Shown piece by piece: positions 36,280 through 48,684 of a stretch of 64,000 nucleotides of DNA. This stretch comes from Eledone cirrhosa (lineage: Eukaryota), in the NCBI GenBank assembly GCA_964016885.1, contig OZ024747.1:89156001-89220000 (forward strand), written 5' to 3'. The notes beneath the pieces are model-generated. The model had not been told where the DNA came from, did no database searches, and saw only the letters and a list, made by a program, of their open reading frames with translations. The position numbers were made by a program, and so were the translations under genes. Numbering within the stretch: the stretch's first letter is position 1; each line of letters opens with the position of its first letter.

Positions 36280-39200
36280 CAGCCCTTGTCCAGCCTTCCA
36301 CTCAGCTGTCCATCAGCCATCAATCCAGTCATCCCTACAGCCTTCTGTCCAGCCCTTGTCCAGCCTCCTTCCACTCAGCTGTCCATCAGCCATCAATCCA
36401 GTCATCCCTACAGCCTTCTGTCCAGCCCTTGTCCAGCCTCCTTCCACTCAGCTGTCCATCAGCCATCAATCCAGTCATCCCTACAGCCTTCTGTCCAGCC
36501 CTTGTCCACCCCCCTTCCACTCAGCTGTCCATCAGCCATCAATCCAGTCATCCCTACAGCCTTCTGTTCAGCCCTTGTCCACCCTCCTTCCACTCAGCTG
36601 TCCATCAGCCATCAATCCAGTCATCCCTACAGCCTTCTGTTCAGCCCTTGTCCACCCTCCTTCCACTCAGCTGTCCATCAGCCATCAATCCAGTCATCCC
36701 TACAGCCTTCTGTCCAGCCCTTGTCCAGCCTCCTTCCACTCAGCTGTCCATCAGCCATCAATCCAGTCATCCCTACAGCCTTCTGTTCAGCCCTTGTCCA
36801 CCCTCCTTCCACTCAGCTGTCCATCAGCCATCAATCCAGTCATCCCTACAGCCTTCTGTCCAGCCCTTGTCCACCCTCCTTCCACTCAGCTGTCCATCAG
36901 CCATCAATCCAGTCATCCCTACAGCCTTCTGTCCAGCCCTTGTCCAGCCTCCTTCCACTCAGCTGTCCATCAGCCATCAATCCAGTCATCCCTACAGCCT
37001 TCTGTTCAGCCCTTGTCCACCCTCCTTCCACTCAGCTGTCCATCAGCCATCAATCCAGTCATCCCTACAGCCTTCTGTCCAGCCCTTGTCCAGCCTCCTT
37101 CCACTCAGCTGTCCATCAGCCATCAATCCAGTCATCCCTACAGCCTTCTGTTCAGCCCTTGTCCACCCTCCTTCCACTCAGCTGTCCATCAGCCATCAAT
37201 CCAGTCATCCCTACAGCCTTCTGTCCAGCCCTTGTCCAGCCTCCTTCCACTCAGCTGTCCATCAGCCATCAATCCAGTCATCCCTACAGCCTTCTGTTCA
37301 GCCCTTGTCCACCCTCCTTCCACTCAGCTGTCCATCAGCCATCAATCCAGTCATCCCTACAGCCTTCTGTCCAGCCCTTGTCCAGCCTCCTTCCACTCAG
37401 CTGTCCATCAGCCATCAATCCAGTCATCCCTACAGCCTTCTGTCCAGCCCTTGTCCAGCCTCCTTCCACTCAGCTGTCCATCAGCCATCAATCCAGTCAT
37501 CCCTACAGCCTTCTGTTCAGCCCTTGTCCACCCTCCTTCCACTCAGCTGTCCATCAGCCATCAATCCAGTCATCCCTACAGCCTTCTGTCCAGCCCTTGT
37601 CCAGCCTCCTTCCACTCAGCTGTCCATCAGCCATCAATCCAGTCATCCCTACAGCCTTCTGTTCAGCCCTTGTCCAGCCTCCTTCCACTCAGCTGTCCAT
37701 CAGCCATCAATCCAGTCATCCCTACAGCCTTCTGTCCAGCCCTTGTCCAGCCTCCTTCCACTCAGCTGTCCATCAGCCATCAATCCAGTCATCCCTACAG
37801 CCTTCTGTCCAGCCCTTGTCCAGCCTCCTTCCACTCAGCTGTCCATCAGCCATCAATCCAGTCATCCCTACAGCCTTCTGTCCAGCCCTTGTCCAGCCTC
37901 CTTCCACTCAGCTGTCCATCAGCCATCAATCCAGTCATCCCTACAGCCTTCTGTTCAGCCCTTGTCCACCCTCCTTCCACTCAGCTGTCCATCAGCCATC
38001 AATCCAGTCATCCCTACAGCCTTCTGTCCAGCCCTTGTCCAGCCTCCTTCCACTCAGCTGTCCATCAGCCATCAATCCAGTCATCCCTACAGCCTTCTGT
38101 TCAGCCCTTGTCCACCCTCCTTCCACTCAGCTGTCCATCAGCCATCAATCCAGTCATCCCTACAGCCTTCTGTCCAGCCCTTGTCCAGCCTCCTTCCACT
38201 CAGCTGTCCATCAGCCATCAATCCAGTCATCCCTACAGCCTTCTGTCCAGCCCTTGTCCAGCCTCCTTCCACTCAGCTGTCCATCAGCCATCAATCCAGT
38301 CATCCCTACAGCCTTCTGTTCAGCCCTTGTCCACCCTCCTTCCACTCAGCTGTCCATCAGCCATCAATCCAGTCATCCCTACAGCCTTCTGTCCAGCCCT
38401 TGTCCAGCCTCCTTCCACTCAGCTGTCCATCAGCCATCAATCCAGTCATCCCTACAGCCTTCTGTCCAGCCCTTGTCCAGCCTCCTTCCACTCAGCTGTC
38501 CATCAGCCATCAATCCAGTCATCCCTACAGCCTTCTGTTCAGCCCTTGTCCACCCTCCTTCCACTCAGCTGTCCATCAGCCATCAATCCAGTCATCCCTA
38601 CAGCCTTCTGTTCAGCCCTTGTCCACCCTCCTTCCACTCAGCTGTCCATCAGCCATCAATCCAGTCATCCCTACAGCCTTCTGTTCAGCCCTTGTCCACC
38701 CTCCTTCCACTCAGCTGTCCATCAGCCATCAATCCAGTCATCCCTACAGCCTTCTGTTCAGCCCTTGTCCACCCTCCTTCCACTCAGCTGTCCATCAGCC
38801 ATCAATCCAGTCATCCCTACAGCCTTCTGTCCAGCCCTTGTCCAGCCTCCTTCCACTCAGCTGTCCATCAGCCATCAATCCAGTCATCCCTACAGCCTTC
38901 TGTTCAGCCCTTGTCCACCCTCCTTCCACTCAGCTGTCCATCAGCCATCAATCCAGTCATCCCTACAGCCTTCTGTTCAGCCCTTGTCCACCCTCCTTCC
39001 ACTCAGCTGTCCATCAGCCATCAATCCAGTCATCCCTACAGCCTTCTGTTCAGCCCTTGTCCACCCTCCTTCCACTCAGCTGTCCATCAGCCATCAATCC
39101 AGTCATCCCTACAGCCTTCTGTTCAGCCCTTGTCCACCCTCCTTCCACTCAGCTGTCCATCAGCCATCAATCCAGTCATCCCTACAGCCTTCTGTCCAGC

Positions 39201-39350
39201 CCTTGTCCACCCTCCTTCCACTCAGCTGTCCATCAGCCATCAATCCAGTCATCCCTACAGCCTTCTGTTCAGCCCTTGTCCAGCCTCCTTCCACTCAGCT
39301 GTCCATCAGCCATCAATCCAGTCATCCCTACAGCCTTCTGTTCAGCCATC
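36280..39350. repeat. 73-bp tandem array, ~42 copies
   Basis: Period 36361 to 36434 = 73 bp; unit cagcccttgtccagcctccttccactcagctgtccatcagccatcaatccagtcatccctacagccttctgtc; two dimorphic positions. Confidence 0.97.
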
Positions 39351-39410
39351 CATCTAGCTGTCTGTCCAGCAGTTAATGCAATTAATGCTAACATAATAAG
39401 TAGCCATAAA

Positions 39411-39443
<33 letters not shown>

Positions 39444-39651
39444 CATGTGTTAGAACTTCAATGTTCTAGTTTCAAATCCTGCAGAAGTCAACATTGCTTT
39501 TCATTTCTCCGAGATTGATAAAATAAAGTACCAGTAAAGTACTGGGGTTGATATGATTGACTTCCTCCATCCTCTTCCTCAAATTGTTATCCCTGTGTGT
39601 AATTTAGAAATTTTTCTCAATACATGTGTTTCACTCACAAACTTGGCTTAA

Positions 39652-39872
39652 CCCTTTAGCATTTAAACCAGCCGTATCCGGCCAGAATTCTCTCACCTCT
39701 TTCTATTCAAACCGGTCATAACTGGCTGCTCATACTGATGTTAAGATATTGTTCTAAAAATAAATAACATCAAAATCTCATAGATTCAATATTATGTGAA
39801 TTAATTATGAGAAGTAAAGCCTTTACTGCAAAAATACAATAGTAAATATAAAGTAATGTGAATGTTAAAGGG
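39652..39872. mobile_element. TTAA-type MITE
   Basis: TTAA|CCCTTTAGCATTT...AATGTTAAAGGG|TTAA. Confidence 0.88.
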
Positions 39873-39917
39873 TTAAAAATCATTGATGATTACATAAATA
39901 TGAAAAAGAAAGATCTT

Positions 39918-40160
39918 CTTCTTCGTCCACTTATTCCTGAAAGGGTCATAGGGGAAGACTCCTCAACCACCCGTTCCAGCAGGTCCTGTCAGAAGCAACC
40001 GTCTTTATCACATCTGGTCGGATCCCCAAGCATGACCAGCTAAGCTCATGAATGTTATCCAACCATCTTGCTGGGGGGTCTATGCCGGGGTCTCTTGCCA
40101 GTTGGTTTTGCCCGTAAAGTCTGTCCAGTGATTCTTTCTTGAGACATTCTAACCAATGAG
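39918..40160 (-). mobile_element. RTE LINE 3' end fragment (family of 17695-20860)
   Basis: RDPGIDPPARWLDNIHELSWSCLG..VASDRTCW; (AAG) tail. Confidence 0.65.
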
Positions 40161-40668
40161 AAAAAGGGGAAGGGGTAAATAAGGGTTGATCTGGCTGTAT
40201 GGGAAAGTAGAGGAAAGGACTATAAATACCATAGAAACTGTTATTTAGAGTATTGGACACAATGTCTTGTGATATTTATTCCAGCTCTTCACACTTTGAG
40301 TTCAAATCCCAGTTAAGTTAGCTTTGCTTTTCATCCTTCAAGTGTTTGAATGTGTTTGTGAATGGGTGGGTGTTGGTAAAGTACAGTACCAGTCCAGTAC
40401 TGAAATCAATATTTAATCAACTCCTCACCACCACCACAGCCCATTAGAAATCAATAGTTTTGCTGATTGTGGTGGTGATGATATGATGATGATAATGTAA
40501 TTAAAGATAATTATTGTATATAATTATGTTTTTAGTCACATATGATAAGACCCAAATTTTCATTTACATATTTATTTATTTATTTATTTTGATATAATGT
40601 ATCCATGAATAAATTATCTTGTAACAGATGGTGTGAAGATGTATCTCCTGTCAATTCACAAGGTTACT

Positions 40669-40713
<45 letters not shown>

Positions 40714-40716
<3 letters not shown>

Positions 40717-40920
40717 TGGAAGCTTAGTAAAATCGAAGCCTTGGCTGTGGCCAAACTAACGACCTACAATTAGGAATGAGCAGCAAAGCACTCAATAAGG
40801 TTGCAGGCCTTAGAGTAATAACATACGTTTAGACAGCTTGACAAATTGAAAATTGCGGTAGGTAGACCTAGCCACACAATACCAAAAACAACAAAAACAC
40901 TAATCAAGTTAGACAACTGT
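40714..40920 (-). mobile_element. (TA)n-inserted repeat with tail motif
   Basis: Homologous to 13636-13833; minus-strand TATTGAGTGCTT at 40797-40786. Confidence 0.75.
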
Positions 40921-41205
40921 ATATATGTAAAAGGTAAATAGAAATAACAACATAATCAGTACAGTATATGGAAGGAATATATTAGGTTAACGCTTGAAAT
41001 AGCAGGAAGAGGGTCTTAAGGTTTCAGACACTAGTCGTTCATCAAAAGAAAGAATGAGAAATTAGAAAGATTGAAGGGATGGGCAGGGCTGAATCAGAGA
41101 AAATGTTTTTAAAGATAAATAACAGGTCCATTCATGTTGCCATCTCTTGGAAAACTATTGATGCTGCCATTTTGTGTATGATATACTTTATATATATATA
41201 TATAT

Positions 41206-41476
41206 GAAGTATTTCCGTAGGAAGGGTAAAGGAAAGGAGAGTGCTCTATGTATGCTACAGAGCTATTTAATTATGTAATAAACAACATAAGACAATTATT
41301 CCATTTACCAAAGGTTTCACGAAGACAGACGAGATCAACAGAGACGTCTGAGACGTTCAAAATTTATTAAATTTTCATTCTGATGAGCAATTTCAGACGT
41401 CTCTGTTGAGCTCGTCTGCCTTCATGAAACCTTTGGTAAATGGAATAATTGTCTTATGTTGTTTATTACATAATTA
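41206..41476 (-). mobile_element. fold-back element (~85-bp arms) with hammerhead motif and tail
   Basis: Arms ~41268-41352 / ~41394-41476; tail 41206-41267 with CATAGAGCACTC on the minus strand; (TA)n flanks. Confidence 0.85.
41373..41445 (+). ncRNA. type I hammerhead ribozyme motif
   Basis: tttcatt-CTGATGA(41380-41386)-stem II containing cagacg/cgtctg-GAAA(41426-41429)-cc-ttt-gg-TA-aatggaa; 7-bp stem I, GUA triplet with predicted cut after 41438. Confidence 0.75.
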
Positions 41477-41665
41477 TATATATATAAGAAGTTAGGTAAT
41501 AGTGACACAATGAATAATGTGACCAGAGGCATGTCGCCACATTAATACTATAACAACGAAAATACAGACAGGTCAATGATGGACCTGATTGATAGATATT
41601 AATGGATAAATATCTTTGCTAGGTTTCTGGGAATCCGGAAGTTACACTCTGAGAAACTTTCTTAA

Positions 41666-41849
41666 CCCTTTAGCCAGAATTCTCTCACCCCTTTCTGTTC
41701 AAACTGGCCGTAACTGGCTGCTCAAACTTATATTTAGGTATTGTTCTCAAAATAAATAATATCAAAATCTCATAGATTTGATATTATGTGAGATAAAGTG
41801 TTTACCGACAAAATACAAGAGGAAATATAGAGTAATGTAAATGCTAAGG
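41666..41849. mobile_element. TTAA-type MITE, partial
   Basis: Matches the 3287 family. Confidence 0.75.
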
Positions 41850-42111
41850 ATAGATTTGTCTAGGTTAAAGGATAGATTTGTCTCCTAAAACCAGAAGTGG
41901 TTTTGGATGGGTTACTATCTGAAGAGATGAATAAATACAAACAATAAATATGTGTCACAATAAAAGTAGGTTTAAACTGAAAGAATACTTAAAAAGTGAA
42001 ATGGTGCACAAAATTGGGTTAAGAGTATAAAATATCTGCTATATATACATATACATGCATTGCTATTTACATGAATATATATAGGCACATAGACTTATAC
42101 ATGTGTATGCA

Positions 42112-42151
<40 letters not shown>

Positions 42152-42174
42152 TATATATATATACATATATCTGT

Positions 42175-42244
<70 letters not shown>

Positions 42245-42245
<1 letters not shown>

Positions 42246-43195
42246 CAGTAGAGGAGCTAGAGAATAAATTCTGGCTATGGAAACAGCAGTTGGAAGCAAG
42301 AGGACTGAGAGTGAATCTAGCTAAGACAAAAGTGTTGATGAGTAGAAAAGAGGACAAAACCCTGATTCCATCAGGGAAATGGCCATGTTCGATATGCAGA
42401 AAAGGAACTGGCATAAATTCTATAATGCAGGTACACAAGAGATGTAGCGGGATAGCAGGCAAACTAACAGGTAGGGAGAAATATGTATGCAGTAGATGTA
42501 CAGGGAAATTAGACAGTAGAAGTCGCACTGATAGACACATTTTTCAAATGCAAGAGGGCGCTATAGAAGTGGTGGATAGCTTCCGGTTCCTAGGAGATCA
42601 GATTAGCATGGGAGGAGGGTGTTCCGAGGCCATAGTATCTAGAATAAGGACGGGTTGGAAGAAGTTTAGGGAGCTGCTTCCTCTGTTGACGAAGAAGGGT
42701 TTCTCCCTGCGTACGAAAGGCCGGTTGTATGATGCCTGTGTGAGGAGCGCGATGCTGCATGGTAGTGAGACATGGGCAGCAACTGCAGAGGATATGCGAC
42801 GGCTGGAGAGAAATGAGGCAAGCATGCTCCGTTGGATGTGCAGTGTAAATGTGCATGAACGACCCAGCATAAATGTGTTGAGAGAGAAACTGTGTCTGAG
42901 AGGGATAGAATGTAGTGTACGGGAGAGGAGACTGAGGTGGTATGGACATGTGATGCGCATGGAGGATGACCGATGGGTGAAGAAGTGCCAGGAAATGCCA
43001 GTTGAAGGAAGACATGGTAGAGGTAGACCACGAAAAACATGGGCGGAGGTGGTGAGAACAGACCTCAGATCATTGAAGCTCACGGTGGAGATGACGAGGG
43101 ACCGTGACGAATGAAGAGATGCTGTGCTGAATAAGACCTGTCCCACCCTTGCAAGCAGGGAAAAGCGGACGTGAAATGATGATGATGATGATGAT
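42245..43195 (+). mobile_element. young 5'-truncated RTE LINE inserted in (TA)n
   Basis: 274-aa open frame: [56 protein letters not shown]; hairpin cccttgcaagcaggg; (TGA)n tail. Confidence 0.95.
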
Positions 43196-43248
43196 ATGTA
43201 CATATATATATGTACATGAATATATATATATATATGTACATGTACATG

Positions 43249-43331
<83 letters not shown>

Positions 43332-43530
43332 GCACATATATATACATATATATATATGTACATATATATATATATATACACATATATATATATATGTACA
43401 TATATATATGTACACACACACACATGCACATATATAATAAACATTCGTTGTACTGCCTCTCTGTTTTGTTCCTGTTCAAATTTTCCATTATATATATATA
43501 TATATATACATATGTATGTATGTGTACGTA
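43196..43530. repeat. (TA)/(TACA) microsatellite
   Basis: Directly visible. Confidence 0.95.
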
Positions 43531-43999
43531 TGTATGGAATATCATTTAGAAGGTTTACTGTATTTGTTCTGCCTTTCTGTACATTGAGTTCAAATCCTAC
43601 CAAGGTTAACTTTAATTTTATCTTTTATCCTTTCAAGGTCAATAAAAAACGTAGTTGTCCAGCACTGGGATTGGTTCTTTCTCTATATCTTTTTCTCACT
43701 CTCTCCCTCTTCAAGAAAATGACTGTGGTCTCCGCCAGGTTTTAAAAAAAGAAATGCCTAAGAAATACTATTTGTCACTACAGTAGCTCAATAACTTCAT
43801 CAGGAGTTACAGACTCATACATATACACATATATAGAAAGACATATATAATTAAGTACTTATATATATATCCCAGTAGAAGGAAGATACAGTAGAGGAAG
43901 ACCACAAAAAACATGGGCGGAGGTGGTGAGAGCCGAATAGGACCCATCCCAACCTTGCAATCAGGGAAAAGCTGATGTATGATGATGATGATATATACA

Positions 44000-44480
44000 T
44001 AAGTTTGATAGGTTTCGGCCACTATTGGCCCAGGCTATTTCTATCTTAACAGCACCACCTGGCGAAGTCTTTCAAATCAGGAGTTGGACACCATGGCCCA
44101 CTCAAGTAGAGAGTTATTGTTTATAGAGATATATCTGGGTGTAGGAGGTTTATCCAGGATTTCTTGAAGGAATTTGTCCGAAGACTTTTTGAACTTTATG
44201 GGGTCTGTTTCTGTTTTAATATATTTTGTGTAACGTTAAAGAGAGCGGGGCTAATTGAGGTGAAACAATCGTGCTGTAATGTTGTTATGAGATGCGATTT
44301 GATTTTTTGTTGTGGGCGGATAGCATGAGGCTCAAGCCTTAGGCATACTTTAAAGGTAATGCCAACAGCATTTGGGCAATGCTGATGGAATATTTTCCAC
44401 ATCATGCAGATAATGTAGTGCTCATGGTGACGTTGGAAAGAATAAAGTTTGAGTTGTTCTAGTCGACCCCAATAGCCAAC
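44000..44480 (-). mobile_element. degenerate LINE 3' end (CR1/L2-group-like)
   Basis: MMWKIF...TTLQHDCFTSISPALFNV resembles the post-RT C-terminus of CR1/L2-group LINEs; ends gtggccgaaacc. Confidence 0.55.
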
Positions 44481-44990
44481 CTCTTTACAGTGTGTGCTGG
44501 GTGCTTTTTGAAGTGTCTCCTACACAACCACTTTACAGTGTGGGCTGGATTTTTTGTGATACCAACATAACTTTACAGAGTAAGGGTAGTGTGGGCGGAA
44601 GAGGGAGGGGTGTGTGGAGTGTATATTGGATTAAGAGCTGCCTACTGAGTGTAAGTTTAAGTCCGTGCACAAGGGAAGGCAGGTCTTCTGCATAACATCA
44701 AAGATCTTGATCCTGTGTCATTGTCTTAGAGAGGTGCAAGTGTGCAAGGTCAGCTTTTATAACCTCATCCCAGGACTTTCTGGTTCATCCTACTCTGTAG
44801 TTTCCATCAATTTTGATCACCCTGTACTTTTTTATACAGCTGTCATCCTTCATACATATAACATGACCATACCAACACAGTCTCCTCTCTAGCGTACTGC
44901 ACCTCATCTTTCTTATGCCTAATTTCTCACTTAGTTAATTTATGCTTTGCCATTCATGTATATTACTATAACACATCCATTGGAGCATGG
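44480..44990 (-). mobile_element. degenerate RTE LINE 3' fragment
   Basis: Homologous to 49400-49900. Confidence 0.8.
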
Positions 44991-45056
44991 GTCGATATCA
45001 AAACATTTGTAATATGCAATAAAGTTTTAAAACAAGCTGCAAATCTGACATCCTAT

Positions 45057-45091
<35 letters not shown>

Positions 45092-45246
45092 GTCTTTCTC
45101 TCTCAATATATATATATATATATATACAGGTAAGCAGGGTTAATGACTTGGTGCGAGGGACATGTGTGGCTGACCTAGAAAAAAAAAGAATATATCTATA
45201 CTCTTCAAGTAGTCTATAGATATATATCTTGAGCAAGTAAATAATT

Positions 45247-46215
45247 CACCACCACCTCCACAGCCACCATACCACCATCACCACCACCATTACCACTACC
45301 ACCACCACCATCACCACCATCACCACCACTACCATCACCACCATCACCACCACTACCACCACTACCATCACCACCATCACCACCACTACCACCACTACCA
45401 TTACCACCACCACCACCGCAATCACCACCACTACCACCACCACCATTAACACTACCACCACCACCATCACCACCACTACCACCACCACCACCACCACCAC
45501 CATCATCACCACCACCACTGTCTGCCTCTACTTGTTCACCCTACATTTCACTTTCTTTTTTTGGGATCCTCCCCTATACAGTATCATAATCATCATCACC
45601 ACAACCACTACCACCACCATCACCACCACAACAACCACCACAACTGCCACCTCTACCATAATGGAACCACCACCACCACCACCACCACCATCACCACTAC
45701 CACCACCACAACAACAACCACCACCACCATAACCACCACAACTGCCACCTCCACCATCACCACCATCATCACTACCATCACCACCACCACCACTATCACC
45801 ACCATAACCACCACTACCACCGCCACCATTACCACCACCACTACCACCACCACCATAACCGCCACCCCCACTACCACCACCACCGCTACCACCATAACCA
45901 CCACAATGACCACTAACACTGCCATTACCACCATCACCACCACCAATAACCACCACAACCACCACCACAATCATCCACCACCACTACCACCACCACCATA
46001 ACCACCACAACAACCACTGCCATTACTACTGCCACCACCACCACCACCACATACACCCACAGCAATAACCATCACTACTACTGCCAGAAACAACCCCACT
46101 GTCACCACCAGCACTGCTCCGTCCATCACTTCCACCACCGTCACCCACCACCACCACACATGCCCACCACCACCTCCACTGCCACCACCACCACACACAT
46201 CCTCCACCATCAATG
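45247..46215. repeat. cryptic (ACC)/(ACT)/(ATC) trinucleotide repeat tract
   Basis: Directly visible; source of the poly-V/G/T/P/H ORFs. Confidence 0.95.
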
Positions 46216-46521
46216 CCATGTTTTTTATTATTTCACTTAATTTCATTAGAAATATGGTAAGAAGAGGGTTAAGGATATATGTAATTATATGTATGGATAG
46301 AGAAAAATATGTGTTCCTCCCTTATACATACCACAGAGAAGCGGTTATAACTTAGTCTAAATCATTTTTGTTTGGAGAGAGATGAAGACTGCATTGATTA
46401 TTAGCATACAGGTTACACTTGACTGGAGATAAGTAATTCTAACCATGCACAATGGGAACACAGGTTATGTCATGTCAATTGATAGCCAAAAAACTATATA
46501 ATGAAACAATTATATATATAT

Positions 46522-47113
46522 CCGGTACCTAGGAGATCAGATTAGCATGGGAGGAGGGTGTTGCGAGGCCATAGTATCTAGAATAAGGACGGGTTGGAAG
46601 AAGTTTAGGGAGCTGCTTCCTCTGTTGACGAAGAAGGGTTTCTCCCTGCGTACGAAAGGCCGGTTGTATGATGCCTGTGTGAGGAGCGCGATGCTGCATG
46701 GTAGTGAGACATGGGCAGCAACTGCAGAGGATATGCGACGGCTGGAGAGAAATGAGGCAAGCATGCTCCGTTGGATGTGCAGTGTAAATGTGCGTGAACG
46801 ACCCAGCATAAATGTGTTGAGAGAGAAACTGTGTCTGAGAGGGATAGAATGTAGTGTACGGGAGAGGAGACTGAGGTGGTATGGACATGTGATGCGCATG
46901 GAGGATGACCGATGGGTGAAGAAGTGCCAGAAAATGCCAGTTGAAGGAAGACGTGGTAGAGGTAGACCACGAAAAACATGGGCGGAGGTGGTGAAAACAG
47001 ACCTCAGATCATTGAAGCTCACGGTGGAGATGACGAGGGACCGTGACGAGTGGAGAGATGCTGTGCTGAATAAGACCCGTCCCACCCTTGCAAGCAGGGA
47101 AAAGCGGTGTAAA

Positions 47114-47143
<30 letters not shown>
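46522..47143 (+). mobile_element. young 5'-truncated RTE LINE, near-identical to 42582-43195
   Basis: Intact 217-aa frame reading into the (ATG)n tail; only scattered substitutions versus the 42.2-kb copy. Confidence 0.95.
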
Positions 47144-47145
<2 letters not shown>

Positions 47146-47290
47146 ATATATGAAAAAAAACAGTAGAAAGGAAAAAGATTCTTTCAGTAGAAAATGTTGA
47201 AGAGATTTTTTCAGTGAGATATCAAAACATTAATTTATTTACAATACCGGTTTCAGCATTATATGCATTGTCAATTGCAGATAGTGATAA

Positions 47291-47690
47291 TAATTGTTTC
47301 TACTTTAGGCACAAGGCCAGCAATTACCCAGTGCATTACTGGTACTTTATTTTATCGACCCTGTAAGGATGAAAGGCAAAGTTAACCTCGGCGGGATTTG
47401 AACTCAGAATGGCAAGGGCCGTAACTCTATGAGTCAAAGCATGGTGTCCGACCCTCTACCGATACTGCCAATCCACAATAATAATAATAATAATTGTTTC
47501 TACTTTAGGCACAAGGCCAGCAATTACCCAGTACATTACCAGTACATTACTGGTACTTTATTTTATCGACCCCGTAAGGATGAAAGGCAAAGTTAACCTC
47601 GGCGTGATTTGAACTCAGAATGGCAAGGGCCGTAACTCTATGCGTCAAAGCATGGTGTCCGACCCTCTACCGATACTGCCAATCCACAAT
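47291..47690 (-). mobile_element. two head-to-tail SINE family A copies joined by (AAT)n
   Basis: 47291-47477 and 47492-47688; the second has a 12-bp internal duplication ccagtacattac. Confidence 0.92.
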
Positions 47691-47996
47691 AATAACTGGG
47701 AACTTTTTACCGTGTTACCTACATGGCCACATTACAGCATGGACTGTGTGTTTTTTTGTTGTCGTGACACCTACACGATCTCGATCTCATTATCTCATTT
47801 ATTTGGACTGGATGTTGTGGTACCAACTTTACAGAGAGAGGGTGGTGTTGGTGGGAGTTGGAGGATAGGGTAGGGGTAGTGGATTGGGGTGTATATATAT
47901 CATACTCTGCTCCATAGGAGCATAGAATGCTCAACCGGCATACCCCCTATGGACGCATCCTACCAACCATAAGACATATATATATATATATATATA

Positions 47997-48183
47997 CGTT
48001 TATCCCGGGTTCAATTGGGGGTAACCACAGTAAGTAAGGTACTCAATATAAAGCAGAGTATAAATATTTAATATAGAAATGGTTTCTACAGGACTAGAAC
48101 TGTTTCATTTGGGGGAAATCATCAGGGCTTCCTGATGATTTCTCCCGAATGAAACAGTTCTATAGAAGCCATTTCTATATTAA

Positions 48184-48186
<3 letters not shown>
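47997..48186 (-). mobile_element. fold-back element with back-to-back hammerhead cores and tail
   Basis: Arms 48065-48126 / 48131-48186; TCATCAG-ggcttc-CTGATGA; TATTGAGTACCT on minus strand at 48048-48037; (TA)n flanks. Confidence 0.85.
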
Positions 48187-48239
<53 letters not shown>

Positions 48240-48653
48240 TTCCAGCATTAGCATTTGCATAACTTGCATGCACTGTATTCTGCCTTCTTTCCAGTTGTAA
48301 GACTTTTTATTATCTATTTATTCATATTCTTGTGTTGCTGTCATATTTGAAAGAGACTCCCATGTTTACACCTGTGTGTTTAAGTTGCTGTGGTGTATCA
48401 TAATGTGTCTCTCCAGTAACTACTTCTCAGTCCATTGTCTTCTACTACTGTAGAGCACAAGCTATGAATTTAAAACTGACTACAATTAAGAATCAATCTT
48501 GCTGACATCATATAACTATATTATATACATGTTTTTACATCCCTGTCTATTCAGCAGTCTGTAGTCTGTATTACCCCCAGAAGAAATAATTTCTATAATG
48601 GATTTGCTCTATTTAACGTCAAGCAATAATTTCAGTATTTATGTATGAATAGT

Positions 48654-48684
<31 letters not shown>

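Noticed and set aside
36072-39518. Three >1000-aa ORFs as real protein-coding genes
   Set aside because: All three frames give the same periodic peptide because the 73-bp unit lacks plus-strand stops; no domain or splice evidence. Reported only as a finding.
43760-43812. Minus-strand CTGATGA as a hammerhead
   Set aside because: No GAAA at a suitable distance; the segment aligns with the gtaactcctg...ttcttaggcatt block of the SINE variant at 15175/59930.
45246-46246. Gly-rich, Thr-rich or Val-rich structural protein ORFs
   Set aside because: Products of an (ACC)n-type cryptic repeat, open in several frames on both strands, with no exon signals.
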